DNA of 57,743 nt from Dehalococcoidia bacterium (GCA_009693105.1 SHXV01000002.1:1-57743), one strand, 5' to 3'. Shown: positions 20,906-31,255, numbered from the stretch's first letter. Translations and numbers: made by a program. The notes: generated by a model from the letters alone, not told the origin.

Positions 20906-22519
20906 ATGCTCTTTGCTGAAAACGTCGCCAAGTCATTTGGTGGCTTCGATCTCTTCACGGGCGTCTCCTTCCACGTCGCCGATGGCGAACGGGTAGCGCT
21001 TGCCGGGCCCAACGGGGCGGGCAAGACCACGTTGTTGCGCATGTTGGCCGGAGAAGACTCCCCATCGTCAGGCCACGCAGGCCATCGCAATGGAACCCTG
21101 GGTTACCTGAAGCAGGAGTCAGGGTTCGATCCCGAGAACACGCTTGAACAGGAGATGTGGGTGGCCTTCCCTGAGGCGCTCGCGATCTCCCGCCGCCTCG
21201 CCGCGATCGAGACGGAGATGGCCAGCGGTGACGCCAGCGCAAACGCTGCCACGCTCGTAGCGGAATCGCTCGACCTCTACGAGCGTTTCGCGCTGCTCGA
21301 TGGGCACGAGGTGGAAGCGCGTGCGGACCGCGTCCTTGCCGGGCTTGGCTTCAAGAGGTCGGACCGCACCAAGGTCTGCGGAAGCTTCAGCGGAGGCTGG
21401 CGCATGCGCATCGCACTGGCCAAAGTGCTGGTACGCCGGCCTGACCACATACTCCTGGACGAGCCGACGAACCATCTGGATAGCAAGGCTCGTGATTGGC
21501 TTTCGCAGGAACTTCGCGACTACCTGGGCACCTTGGTGATCGTTACGCACGACGGCGCCTTCCTAGATAAGGTGGCGAAGCGGGTGTTGGAGGTCGGTAA
21601 TTCAGGTGTCGTGTCGTACGCCGGCAATTACACAAAGTATCTCCTTGAAAGAGAGAAGCGGCGCCGGCAGCAAGAGAACGCAGCCGCTCGACAGGAGCGG
21701 CAACTATCGTCGCAGCAGGAATTCATCGACCGCTTCCGCGCCAAGGCGACGAAGGCTACCCAGGTCAAGAGCCGGGAGAAAGCGCTCGCTAAAGTGCAGC
21801 GGATCGATCGGCCTCGTAACGAAGTGGGCGCCAGATTCAGTATCCGATCACATGGCCGGGTCGAGCAGACGGTCCTGTCGCTGGACTCCATCTCCCACGC
21901 GTTCGACGACGAGTATGTGCTGATAGACGCGAACCTTACCGTCGAGCGTGGCCAAAAAGTAGTTCTCGTCGGGCCAAACGGCAGCGGCAAGTCCACGCTC
22001 TTGCGCCTCGCGATGGGGGAAATGCGCCCCATGGAGGGTCAAGTACGGTGGGCGGAGCGCGCGAAGCCCGGCTACTACGCGCAGCACCAGGATGAGGCGT
22101 TGGATCCACAGCACTCCGTCCTGGAAGAGGTGCAGTCGGCCGCCGTAGGCGCGACAGAGGAACGAATACGGACGGTGCTGGGTGAGTTCCTGTTCAAAGG
22201 CGACGACGTGTTCAAGCCGGTCTCGGTGTTGTCCGGTGGAGAGCGAAGCAGGGTCGCGCTGGCGAAATTCCTGATCCAGACCACCAACGTCCTGCTGTTG
22301 GACGAGCCGACCAACCATTTGGATAAGGCTACGCGAGCAAGTCTGGTGAACGCTTTGGACAAGTACGACGGGACGATCATCTGCGCGACCCATGACCCCG
22401 CGATACTCGACACGTTCGCAACGCATGTCTACGAGATGCGCGATGGTGCTTGTGTGAACACACGAGTCATGGAGCCGATTTTTCCGGTCAGGGCGCAGCG
22501 CAGGAGGCTGAGGAAATAA
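20906..22519 (+). CDS. ABC-F family ATPase (two ABC domains, no TM domain)
   Basis: It has two Walker A motifs (GPNGAGKTT, GPNGSGKST), two signature motifs (FSGGWRMR, LSGGERSR) and a charged inter-domain linker (REKRRRQQENAAARQER). The start is at the ATG with GAGG 5 nt upstream. Confidence 0.9.
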   Translation: MLFAENVAKSFGGFDLFTGVSFHVADGERVALAGPNGAGKTTLLRMLAGEDSPSSGHAGHRNGTLGYLKQESGFDPENTLEQEMWVAFPEALAISRRLAAIETEMASGDASANAATLVAESLDLYERFALLDGHEVEARADRVLAGLGFKRSDRTKVCGSFSGGWRMRIALAKVLVRRPDHILLDEPTNHLDSKARDWLSQELRDYLGTLVIVTHDGAFLDKVAKRVLEVGNSGVVSYAGNYTKYLLEREKRRRQQENAAARQERQLSSQQEFIDRFRAKATKATQVKSREKALAKVQRIDRPRNEVGARFSIRSHGRVEQTVLSLDSISHAFDDEYVLIDANLTVERGQKVVLVGPNGSGKSTLLRLAMGEMRPMEGQVRWAERAKPGYYAQHQDEALDPQHSVLEEVQSAAVGATEERIRTVLGEFLFKGDDVFKPVSVLSGGERSRVALAKFLIQTTNVLLLDEPTNHLDKATRASLVNALDKYDGTIICATHDPAILDTFATHVYEMRDGACVNTRVMEPIFPVRAQRRRLRK

Positions 22520-22648
22520 CCCTCACCGCCCCCCACCAACGGTCGGGGTGCTTTGTCGTCCATCGAAGGGAGAGCCGCTTGCGATGCGGGTGCTCAACGG
22601 CATCCGTTGGGCCAACTCCGGAGATAAGCTGATGATTCCGGCGTGTAG

Positions 22649-22654
22649 TATAAT
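22649..22654 (+). promoter_or_regulatory. candidate -10 element TATAAT upstream of the SDR-LLM-MFS genes
   Basis: A consensus TATAAT sits in the intergenic region about 80 nt upstream of the proposed SDR start. The -35 region is weak. Confidence 0.3.
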
Positions 22655-22732
22655 GTGAAGCCGGGCGGCCCCCTCTTCTCAGCGAACACTGATCCCCATC
22701 GCCTACCGCGAAGTCAACTTGGAGTCAGGCCA

Positions 22733-23443
22733 TTGGTCATCAGCGCCTACGTCGCGGTGGTTTCGGGCGGGAATCGGGGCATCGGCAGAGAAGTTTGCCG
22801 GCAGTTGGCCGATCTCGGTCATACGGTCATCCTTACCGCTCGCTCGGAATCGGCCGCGAAGGAGGCCGCCGGACAAACGCAGGCCCAAACGCGCCTGCTT
22901 CACCACCAGTTGGATGTGACCGACCCCGTGAGCGTCATCACATTGCGAGACGACATGCTCGCTCAATTCGGGCGTGTCGATATTCTGATCAATAACGCCG
23001 CTGTGTACTTAGATAAGACGGCGCGTTCCCCCCTGCGTGATCTCGACCCCTCGATACTCGAAGCGACGATGAAGGCGAATCTCATTGGACCGCTTCGGCT
23101 GATCCAGGCCTTCCTCCCGGGCATGCTCGATCGGGGCTATGGGCGGATCGTGAACGTCTCCAGCGACATGGGACGCATGACGGAATTGAACCCCGCAGGA
23201 GCCTACTACCGGCTCTCCAAACTGGCATTGAACGGCCTGACAAGGATGGTCGCGGCCGACACTGCGAGCAACAATGTCCTCGTTAATGCGGTATCTCCCG
23301 GATGGGTCCGGACCGAAATGGGCGGCTCAGCCGCAACTCGCTCGATCGAGGAGGGCGCGAGCGGGATCGTTTGGGCGGCCACGTTGCCCGATGGTGGTCC
23401 ATCCGGTCTTCTCTTCCGAGACGGGAAGGAGCTGGGATGGTAA
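22733..23443 (+). CDS. SDR family oxidoreductase (carbonyl-reductase-like)
   Basis: Motifs VSGGNRGIGREV, LDVTD, NNAAV and YRLSK (YxxxK) are present. The start is uncertain and was taken as the TTG after GGAG. The ORF track begins at 22655. Confidence 0.75.
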   Translation: MVISAYVAVVSGGNRGIGREVCRQLADLGHTVILTARSESAAKEAAGQTQAQTRLLHHQLDVTDPVSVITLRDDMLAQFGRVDILINNAAVYLDKTARSPLRDLDPSILEATMKANLIGPLRLIQAFLPGMLDRGYGRIVNVSSDMGRMTELNPAGAYYRLSKLALNGLTRMVAADTASNNVLVNAVSPGWVRTEMGGSAATRSIEEGASGIVWAATLPDGGPSGLLFRDGKELGW

Positions 23444-23498
23444 GCATCTCTGCGCGCCTCCTGGGAAGCTGCCGCGGCCGGGGGCGGGAAGGATAGAC

Positions 23499-24506
23499 GT
23501 GAAGCTCAGCATCCTTGATCAGTCGCCCATCATTCAGGGAGCGACTGCGCGTGAAGCGTTGCACGCCACCATTGAGCTGGCCTGCGCCGCCGATCGGCTC
23601 GGCTACACTCGCTACTGGCTCGCTGAACACCACAACACCGCACTGCTCGCGTCGGCCACCCCGGAGCTACTGATTCCCCTGATCGCCGCCAATACGGCGC
23701 GGATTCGCGTCGGGTCAGGCGGCGTCATGTTGACGCACTACAGTGCGCTCAAGGTGGCCGAGACCTTCCTCATGCTGGAGACGCTCTTTCCGGGCCGTAT
23801 CGATATGGGCCTGGGCCGAGCGCCCGGCTCCGATCGACTGACGGCGGCGGCGCTGAGCCACGGGCCCGGCGCTCTGCCGCTCGAAGCCTACCCGGAGCAG
23901 GTCGCCGATGTACTGGGTTACCTTGCCGATTCCCTTCCGGGCGGGCACCACTTCCATGATGTGCACGCCATTCCACGGGGTGGGAAAATGCCGGATCCCT
24001 GGCTGCTCGGATCGGCGTGGGACAGCGCCAGCTATGCCGCACATCTTGGCCTCGCCTTCTCCTTCGCCCAGTTCATCAGTCCGGACGGTGGCGCCCAGGT
24101 AATCAAGCGCTACCGCGAGGAATTTCGACCGTCGGCATGGCTCAGTGAGCCGCGCGCCAGCATCGGCGTGCACGTAATCTGCGCCGCAAGCACTGAGGAA
24201 GCGCATCGTCTTGCCATGAGTCGCCATCTCATGTCGCTCCGGCGGCGGCAGGGCCGGCCGGTGGCCGGTGGCGTGCCCTCCATCGAAGAAGCGCTGAACA
24301 CTCACTATACGCAGCCGGAGTTGGACTATATTCAGTACCAGCAAGGCTTGGCGTCGGAGGGTGATCCCGAACGCGTCCGGGCCGGCCTTCTCGCCCTGGC
24401 GGCGGAGTACGAGGTCGATGAAATCATGGTGGTAACGATTACCGCCGACTACGCCGACCGCTTGCGATCGTATGAGTTGCTCGCACAAGCATTCGAGCTG
24501 GCGTAG
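23499..24506 (+). CDS. luciferase-like monooxygenase (LLM class flavin-dependent oxidoreductase)
   Basis: The translation reads VKLSILDQSPI..LGYTRYWLAEHHN..VGSGGVMLTHY..FPGRIDMGLGRAPGSD. GTG 23499 is preceded by GGGAAGGA. Confidence 0.85.
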   Translation: MKLSILDQSPIIQGATAREALHATIELACAADRLGYTRYWLAEHHNTALLASATPELLIPLIAANTARIRVGSGGVMLTHYSALKVAETFLMLETLFPGRIDMGLGRAPGSDRLTAAALSHGPGALPLEAYPEQVADVLGYLADSLPGGHHFHDVHAIPRGGKMPDPWLLGSAWDSASYAAHLGLAFSFAQFISPDGGAQVIKRYREEFRPSAWLSEPRASIGVHVICAASTEEAHRLAMSRHLMSLRRRQGRPVAGGVPSIEEALNTHYTQPELDYIQYQQGLASEGDPERVRAGLLALAAEYEVDEIMVVTITADYADRLRSYELLAQAFELA

Positions 24507-24534
24507 CGTCGGTTAGGTGCGACATTGGAGGTAG

Positions 24535-25785
24535 ATGAGTTCGTCTGAATCCGCACCCGCCCCGCCGGGACTTTCCCGGGATAGCTATCCCCGTTATCGG
24601 TGGGTCATAGCAGGCCAGTTATGGATGCACTGGGCCATTGGCTTCATCTTCTTCCAGGCGCTGGGGGTATTCCTTCCCGCCTTACAACAGGATCTTGGTT
24701 TCGGAGCGGCGCAAGCGGGCTGGCTCGGTTCCCTGCGTGCGGTCGGCCAGCTTCTCGTCTTTCCTGCCAGCCTCGTGCTGGTGCGCTTCAACGCGAACCG
24801 TCTGTTGGGCGTACTGCTCACGATCGGGACCATGGCGATGGTGGTCCAGGTGGTGGCGCCCGGGCTCGCTATTCTGATGGTAGGGATGGGCATTCATGCC
24901 GCTGCGATTGCGTGGACGCAAATCCCGGGTGCATTTGTCCGGATGCAGTGGATTCCCACCCGTCAGATGGCGACCGTACAGGGCATCCAGATGGCGTCCG
25001 GTGCGATTACCGCGATCGCGATGCTCGCCGGTGGGCCATATCTTATCGACGCCCTGGGGTGGCGCGGCGCCCTTTCCTTGATTACCGTGCTGCTCGCCAT
25101 CTGCGCCGCTGCATGGTGGCTGCTCCAGCGAGAACGTATCACAGTGCGCTACGAATCGGCCATGGCTGCGACCTACCGCTGGCAGACCATAGCGAGCACG
25201 GTTCACCGAAAGGAATTCTGGCTCCTTGGCGGCGCAATCGCGGGAGGCGGCGGCGCCTATTTCACCACGATTATCTTTCTACCCAGTTACCTTCATGCCG
25301 AACGGGGCTTCTCGCTTGCCACAGCAGGCGCAATCGTAAGCATGATGCCGCTGGGCGGGCTGCTTGCCTCGCTTTGCTCAGGACTTCTTTCCGATCGCCT
25401 TGGGTTACGCAAGCCGTTTATCTGGTCGGCCGGGCTGGTGCTGCCGCCCCTCTACCTCACCATGCTGTCGCCGATGTCGGCGAGCCTCCTCTGGCCTGTT
25501 GCCTTCATCGTCGGCTATTTCGCCTTCGCGCCATTCGTCATTCTCAACGCCATACCGTTTGAGCTCCCGGATGTGGGTCCGAGAGAGGTTGCGATCGGGC
25601 AATCGCTCACGCAGACAATCGGGACGCTGGGTGCGCTGGTTCTTCCCATCGTAGCGGGTCTGGTAGCGAGCTCATTCGACTCCTACCGCGCGGGGCTGTT
25701 GGCGCTGGTTGCGTGCCCGGCTACGTTTGCGCTGGTTGGCGTATTCCTGCCGGAAACCGGACCGAGGGCACGAGGAACGCGGTGA
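24535..25785 (+). CDS. MFS transporter (family distinct from the OFA-like array)
   Basis: It has a 12-TM-type hydrophobic pattern and a loop motif LSDRLGLRKP. Confidence 0.8.
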   Translation: MSSSESAPAPPGLSRDSYPRYRWVIAGQLWMHWAIGFIFFQALGVFLPALQQDLGFGAAQAGWLGSLRAVGQLLVFPASLVLVRFNANRLLGVLLTIGTMAMVVQVVAPGLAILMVGMGIHAAAIAWTQIPGAFVRMQWIPTRQMATVQGIQMASGAITAIAMLAGGPYLIDALGWRGALSLITVLLAICAAAWWLLQRERITVRYESAMAATYRWQTIASTVHRKEFWLLGGAIAGGGGAYFTTIIFLPSYLHAERGFSLATAGAIVSMMPLGGLLASLCSGLLSDRLGLRKPFIWSAGLVLPPLYLTMLSPMSASLLWPVAFIVGYFAFAPFVILNAIPFELPDVGPREVAIGQSLTQTIGTLGALVLPIVAGLVASSFDSYRAGLLALVACPATFALVGVFLPETGPRARGTR

Positions 25786-25899
25786 CCTCCCCCGCCGCGA
25801 TCGTGATCGCGGAACTTGCCGGGGGGCGATGCCCGACCGCGGCTCCGGGAGGTGGATGCTCTCCAACCGTGCCGGTCGGGCAATACTGAGTGCCACGGG

Positions 25900-25928
25900 T
25901 GGACTTTGGGCTAGCGGACAACTAGAAT
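25900..25928 (+). promoter_or_regulatory. candidate sigma70-type promoter TGGACT-17-TAGAAT
   Basis: Read directly. It lies about 45 nt upstream of the thiolase-like gene start (25974). Confidence 0.4.
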
Positions 25929-25973
25929 CCAGCTGCGATCCGAAGCCCGCGCTCTTGACGAAGGAGACCGTCC

Positions 25974-27146
25974 ATGACCGATGACCTACGGGAACTCAGC
26001 GGACGGGTGTCCATAGTCGGCGTCGGTGACACCGACTATAGCGCCGATTGGCGGGCCTCCCGTGCCAACGACCCGGAGTGGACGGGGCGAGACTCCAACG
26101 GCCTGGCCCTCCTGGCCTTCGAGCGTGCCCTGAAGGACGGCGGCCTGACAAGGAAGGATATCGATGGCCTGGCCTTCGCGGTCGGGCCTACGCCCACCGA
26201 AACGATGGTCGATGTGCTGGGGATTAAGCCCGCGTATGTCGAAAAGGGCTGGCTCTACAGCATGATGCGGAACGCCGTCCATGCCATCGATGAGGGGAAG
26301 GCGAACACCGTCGCTTTGGTCTACGGCTACGCCCAGAAGAGCATGGGGGTCGAGTACGGCGGCACGGATATTCAGCAGGGGACCCTGTCGTACTACTACT
26401 ACCACCCCTGGGGCTGGAGCTCCCAGGCCGCCCACTGGGCCATGACCTTCCAGTACTACTCAAAGAAATACGGCTATACAGAGAAGGACCTGGCCGCCGT
26501 TCCGGTTCAGATCCGCAAGCATGCCATGCTCAATGAGAATGCCGTCATGCGAACGCCGCTGACGGTCGATGATTACCTGGCCTCTCGGTATATCGTGCGC
26601 CCCCTGCATGTCTTCGATCTGTGCCTGGTCAACGATGGCGGCGTCTGCCTGATCCTACGCAAGACCAACCAGTCCAGGGACATGCCTCACGCCCCCGTCA
26701 AGATCGCCGGCTGGGGGGAGTATCACGGCCGCAAAGACAAGTGGCAGAACATGGTGGAGCAATCCCTCCAGCCCTATCTCAAGATATCCGGCGGCCAGGC
26801 CTTCAGCATGGCTGCGATGACTCACCGTGACATTCAGCATCTCCAGCCCTACGACCACGGCAGCTTCATCGTGCCGCTGCAGATCGAAGGGTTCGGGTTC
26901 GCCAAACCCGGCGAGGGCTTGGCCTTCTGCCAGGACGGTCGCATCGGTCTGGGCGGCGAACTGCCGGTGAACACCAGTGGGGGCATGCTTTCGGAGTCCT
27001 ATATGCAGGGCTGGAATCAGATGGCGGAGGCCGTGCGCCAGCTCCGCCATGAAGCAGGAGCGCGCCAGGTGGAGGGGATCGAGACGTCGATGTTCTGCTT
27101 CTGCTCCTCCACCGGCGCAGACACCTTCATCTATCAGAGGGGATAA
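25974..27146 (+). CDS. thiolase-fold protein of the SCP-x/lipid-transfer (Ltp) type; canonical nucleophile Cys not evident
   Basis: Motifs are IVGVGDTDYS, KDIDGLAF and PVNTSGGMLSE..QLRHEAGARQV. At the position where SCP-x thiolases read NnnCatGS, this protein reads EKGWLYSMMRNA. The GHP position reads SYM. Confidence 0.8.
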   Translation: MTDDLRELSGRVSIVGVGDTDYSADWRASRANDPEWTGRDSNGLALLAFERALKDGGLTRKDIDGLAFAVGPTPTETMVDVLGIKPAYVEKGWLYSMMRNAVHAIDEGKANTVALVYGYAQKSMGVEYGGTDIQQGTLSYYYYHPWGWSSQAAHWAMTFQYYSKKYGYTEKDLAAVPVQIRKHAMLNENAVMRTPLTVDDYLASRYIVRPLHVFDLCLVNDGGVCLILRKTNQSRDMPHAPVKIAGWGEYHGRKDKWQNMVEQSLQPYLKISGGQAFSMAAMTHRDIQHLQPYDHGSFIVPLQIEGFGFAKPGEGLAFCQDGRIGLGGELPVNTSGGMLSESYMQGWNQMAEAVRQLRHEAGARQVEGIETSMFCFCSSTGADTFIYQRG

Positions 27147-27148
27147 TC

Positions 27149-27562
27149 ATGGCCGAGAAGCGACCAAACCGCGTGCTGGGACCGTATCACGACGACTTCT
27201 GGGCGTACTGCCGTGAAGGCGAGTTGCGTCTTCAGAAGTGCGGGGCCTGTGGCTACATCAGCTGGCCCGCCACCGATGCCTGCTTCGATTGTGGCGCCAG
27301 GGGCGACTTCTCCTGGGAGAAGTTCTCCGGCAAAGGCAAGATCATCTCCTGGTGCACCTTCGAGCGCGAATACTACCGCGGCGTTCTGCCCGTTCCCTGG
27401 GACACCATCCTGGTGAAGCTGAACGAAGGGCCGATTTTCCTCAGCAACCCCAAAGGCTTTGCCTACAAGGACATCGAAGCCGATATGCCGGTGAAACTGG
27501 CCTTTATCGACTGCGAGGACAACGCCGGCCAGTTCAAGCTGCCGGTTTTCGAGCGGGCGTAG
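27149..27562 (+). CDS. DUF35 Zn-ribbon/OB-fold protein (thiolase partner)
   Basis: It contains CGACGYISWPATDACFDCG, a four-Cys ribbon, followed by an OB-like segment GKGKIISWCTF. It starts 2 nt after the thiolase-like stop. Confidence 0.85.
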   Translation: MAEKRPNRVLGPYHDDFWAYCREGELRLQKCGACGYISWPATDACFDCGARGDFSWEKFSGKGKIISWCTFEREYYRGVLPVPWDTILVKLNEGPIFLSNPKGFAYKDIEADMPVKLAFIDCEDNAGQFKLPVFERA

Positions 27563-27658
27563 GAAGCAGGACCTGAACGGCGATGGTGTGCGGATTCCTT
27601 CCAGCGGTGATATCCACTCCGGTCTTTGCCCTCCCCGACTGCACTGGTGAGTGACCAC

Positions 27659-27687
27659 TTGACAGTCGTTGCAGGAAGGCATATGTA
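27659..27687 (+). promoter_or_regulatory. candidate sigma70-type promoter TTGACA-17-TATGTA
   Basis: Read directly in a locally AT-richer stretch. It would give a ~90-nt 5' UTR before ATG 27781. Confidence 0.5.
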
Positions 27688-27780
27688 AGTTTTGTGACAG
27701 CGCGCGCAGCAACTGCATGAGAAGCGCGATAGGGGGTAGCCGGACGGTTAATCGGTTGAGTACAAAGAGAGGAAAATACT

Positions 27781-28986
27781 ATGACCCGCACCTACCAGGT
27801 GATTTCCGCGGATGGCCACATTGAAGGGCCGTTCGATTGGAGCAAGCGAATGCCAGCGAAGTACAAGGACGCGGCGCCGAAGCTTGTGAAAAGAGAGGAC
27901 GACTCCTACGTCTGGAGCCTTGAGTACGCGGGCGTCAGCAAACAGCAAACGGTAGGGGCCGGGCTGTATAGCGGCGCTCGCTACGACGAGTTCCTCCCCG
28001 CGACCGCTCGCACCTACTGGAATGCAGACGGGTCCCTCCGGCCGGGATCTTCCGGGGAAGACCCCATTCAGCGCCTGCGGGAGCAAGACCAGGATGGGAT
28101 TGACGCTGAAGTTCTCTTTTGGCCGGTCGGGCTTCTCATGGTGGGTGACCTGAGGGATAAGGCTCCCGATGCCTATAAGGCAGTCATCCGGATGTATAAC
28201 GACTTCGTCGCCGAATACTGCTCCGTCGCGCCGGACCGACTCATCGGCAACTGTGTGCTCCCGTGGACCGGCGTTGACGACGCCATAGCGGAGATCCAGC
28301 ACGCCCGGAAGAAGGGTATCCGCTCCGTAATCCTGCAGAAATGGCCGAACGGGAGCGGGTCGCCGATGCCCGAGGATGACCGGTTTTGGGCCGCCTCCCT
28401 GGACATCGGGATGCGGCTGTCGCCCCACGGCACCTTCGGCGACGGCATCGGGAGCCCGCTTCCGCCTCCTCATGACCTGCTCACACCGGAGTCCGCCCTT
28501 TCCGGCCTGAACGGGCAAATGGTAGGTGGAGGAAACCGGGCCATCACGATGGGCCAACTGATGCCCGTCTTCGACCGGTTCCCTGATCTCAAAGTCTACT
28601 TCGCGGAGAGCCAGGCTTCCTGGTTGCCGGGGCATATGGACTTCTCTGACGAGATCTACCAGCGCTGGTCTTACTTCTTCGACATCAAGCTCAAGAAGCA
28701 GCCCAGCCAGTACATCCGGGACCACATGAAGTTCAGCTTCATCCATGACCGCCTGGCGATGAAGTTCCGGCACTACATCGGCATCGACATGCTCATGTGG
28801 GGTACGGACTTCCCACACAGCGTGGGCACGTTCCCGGAGTCGAAGATTATCCTGGAAGAACTGTTCGAGGGGGTGCCGGCGGCGGAGAGGCGGCGGGTCC
28901 TCGTTGACAACGTCTGTGACTTCTTCGGTCTCGACGCAACCAAGCCCCTAACGGAAACCCCGGGCGCGGCGGTGGCCGCGCGCTAA
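27781..28986 (+). CDS. Amidohydrolase_2 family protein (paralog A)
   Basis: It has VISADGHIEGP at the N-terminus, LMWGTDFPHSVG near the C-terminus and the SD GAGAGGAAAA. It shares roughly three quarters of its residues with 31256..32458. Confidence 0.85.
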   Translation: MTRTYQVISADGHIEGPFDWSKRMPAKYKDAAPKLVKREDDSYVWSLEYAGVSKQQTVGAGLYSGARYDEFLPATARTYWNADGSLRPGSSGEDPIQRLREQDQDGIDAEVLFWPVGLLMVGDLRDKAPDAYKAVIRMYNDFVAEYCSVAPDRLIGNCVLPWTGVDDAIAEIQHARKKGIRSVILQKWPNGSGSPMPEDDRFWAASLDIGMRLSPHGTFGDGIGSPLPPPHDLLTPESALSGLNGQMVGGGNRAITMGQLMPVFDRFPDLKVYFAESQASWLPGHMDFSDEIYQRWSYFFDIKLKKQPSQYIRDHMKFSFIHDRLAMKFRHYIGIDMLMWGTDFPHSVGTFPESKIILEELFEGVPAAERRRVLVDNVCDFFGLDATKPLTETPGAAVAAR

Positions 28987-29004
28987 CCTCGACTGATCAG
29001 GCAC

Positions 29005-29046
29005 GGTAACCATGGGGACAGGGCTAGCCTTGTCCCCATGGTTACC
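29005..29046 (+). terminator. 16-bp perfect hairpin (GGTAACCATGGGGACA / TGTCCCCATGGTTACC, 10-nt loop), no U-tract
   Basis: Read directly 19 nt after the paralog A stop. A covarying counterpart follows paralog B. Confidence 0.55.
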
Positions 29047-29093
29047 CCATCCAAACAGACCAGGCGGTTCTGCAGAAGAGAGGGAATCGAACG

Positions 29094-29657
29094 ATGACAA
29101 CAGGGGCCACGGCAACGAAGACGCTGCGCACAGTGATCAATCACAAAACGGCGCCGATCAGCACCCAGCAGCTGCGGCTCTCCAGAGGGATAGAGGAACT
29201 CTACTACGCGCTGCTCTATACCGGCCGTCCCGCCTACCAGAACCGGCCGCAGGCCTGGAGCGCCTGGCTGGAAATGGGGTTCCACATTGCCCTCAAGTCC
29301 CCTCCCCCGGAAACTGCGGATAGTGATGCGGCGATCGTAAGCGTCCGTTCCGCCGGGAAGTCTCCTGAATACTCCCTTGCCAGCGCTGACGGGGAAACAC
29401 TACAGAAGCTTGAGACCCTCCTGAAGCGCATCGATAGCCTGCGGGGGCCGGTAGCCGGCAGGCACGACGACACGAAAGCAGAGGCGGTGATCGGGGAAGC
29501 TGAGGTTAGCCGGCAGCTGATCAAGCCCCTGACGGACTGCCTGAAGAGCAATGGCCTGCGCCAGGGCGAAATCGACAGCTTCATGTTCATGGTCCGGCGC
29601 GCCCTGCTCGCGCTGACGCACGACGACATCACCTCGATCCAGATACGTCTGAGCTGA
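29094..29657 (+). CDS. hypothetical protein (187 aa), no recognisable motif
   Basis: The ORF is clean with SD GAGGGAA 8-9 nt upstream. Its composition is coding-like rather than the Arg/Pro-rich pattern of shadow frames. A 7-bp hairpin (29654..29679) overlaps its stop. Confidence 0.5.
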   Translation: MTTGATATKTLRTVINHKTAPISTQQLRLSRGIEELYYALLYTGRPAYQNRPQAWSAWLEMGFHIALKSPPPETADSDAAIVSVRSAGKSPEYSLASADGETLQKLETLLKRIDSLRGPVAGRHDDTKAEAVIGEAEVSRQLIKPLTDCLKSNGLRQGEIDSFMFMVRRALLALTHDDITSIQIRLS

Positions 29658-29798
29658 TCGGTCCACCCCCGGCGATCAGTCGGGGCGAGGGTAGGGCAGC
29701 TCGGGCGCGATAAACCCGGGCTGTCAGCTCGTCGGACACTATTGGCAACTTGCAAGACGAACTGACGACACCCGCGCCTTCAGCAGTGCCACAGTGAT

Positions 29799-30991
29799 TC
29801 AGCGGGGAGAACTGCTGAAGACGAAACCGCTGGCAGTGGTAAGCGAACCGGTTACGGCCGCAACGGAGATATGGGCGTCCTTCACCTGGCGTGGGCCGGA
29901 CCTACCCATGATCTGCAACGCAGCATCCATGATATGGGGCACACCATGCATACGGCCGGCCCCAAGGTTCCCACTTGAGGTATTCAGAGGCAGTTTTCCC
30001 TGGATACCGATATTCTCCGGGGTCATGAAGGGGAAGGCTTCCCCCTCATGGCAGAACCCGAGCGCTTCGAGATAGAGCGGGACAAAAACGCTGAAGCCGT
30101 CGTAGACATTAAGCACATCGACATCCGCAGGTCCAACGCCGGTGCACTGCCACAGGTGTTGGGCCATGAGGAACCCGGCAGCCATTGTTGACTCCAGGGG
30201 ATGCACCACGTCGCCGAACCCGTTCCCCACGAATCCTGAGCCGGCGATCCCGCGCACGTACGCTGGCGTGTGGGGCAGGTCCCGGGCTCTTTCCCCTGGA
30301 GTAATTACGAACGCGCCGCACCCCTGCACCGGAATGTCGCAGTCGAAGAGCCTAAGGGGAGAGCTGATCATCCTGGCGGCCAGGTAATCCTCTTCCGTAA
30401 GAGGCTCCGGACGGTGCTGGTACCGGTAGCCGTGCTCCCACATCAGAGCGTTCTTGCGATTGTTCACGATGAACGGGGCTATCTGCTCCTTGGTGGTCCC
30501 ATACTTGTGCATGTACCGCTCCCAGAGATGAACAAACATGGCGGGGGCGTAGACGCCGTAAGGTCCGAGGAATTGCCCTGGCCCCCCACCGAGGTCGAGT
30601 TGGTCTGCCCGTAGCGCCCCTTGGGGCTGTGAAGCGGTCGGAATGCGAGTACGGCGGAGCAGGTTCCCGACGATACGGCGTCTACCGCGTATCGGATGAA
30701 TCCGGTTGTGCTCCCCCTTACCGCGTCCTGCCACAAGACCTCCAGCCCCAGCGCCTGCACCACGAAACCCGGACTGACATGGTTGCGGCCATCAACGATG
30801 GCACCCAGGCCATCGAATGGCTGGCTCGGATCGACGCAAACGCCGTCGATATCGCCCCGCGTCAGGTCGGCGTCCTTTATGGCCTCCTGGCAGGCGTCAA
30901 TGGCGAGCAGCCCGAGACTGACGTCGTCATGGCGGTAGACCTTGGAATGTCCCATGCCCACAATCGCCGCTCGCGCGCCCGGAAACGCCAT
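29799..30991 (-). pseudogene. second thiolase-fold (SCP-x/Ltp type) gene, frameshifted
   Basis: The N-terminal third lies in ORF 30479..31057 (MAFPGARAAIVGMGHSKVY..DIDGV..). The C-terminal two thirds lie in ORF 29799..30734 (..YAPAMFVHLWERYMHKYG..PLNTSSGNLG..). The frames differ and the switch is at about 30600..30625. The ATG at 30991 is preceded by AGGAG. Confidence 0.7.
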
Positions 30992-31155
30992 GCCGTGCTC
31001 CTTTCTTTGCCCCCTGAGGGGAGTGCGTGGTGGAGAGCTCGCCGGTTCACGGACCAACGTTATCTCGTCCGCCCGGATTCTCCCATCGCACTATGGACGA
31101 GGGAACCGCACCGACTGTAGAGGCGAAGGCAATCAACGCTCAGGTGCGCACTCAC

Positions 31156-31184
31156 TTGTAAATAGCATCGCTTGAGAGTATAAA
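31156..31184 (+). promoter_or_regulatory. candidate sigma70-type promoter TTGTAA-17-TATAAA
   Basis: Read directly. It would give a ~70-nt 5' UTR containing the hairpin ATGCAGC(31200..31206)/GCTGCAT(31225..31231) before SD GGAGG and ATG 31256. Confidence 0.5.
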
Positions 31185-31255
31185 AGTGGCATCAATGTGA
31201 TGCAGCGAAGCGAAGAGTAATCTTGCTGCATTAATGCTGTGAACGGAGGACTGCC

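Noticed and set aside
28983-29323. Mirror-image small ORFs on both strands starting MGTGLALSPWLP and MGTRLALSPWLP.
   Set aside because: Both are artefacts of translating the 16-bp palindromic hairpin at 29005..29046 in the two directions. They also overlap the better-supported ORF 29094..29657.
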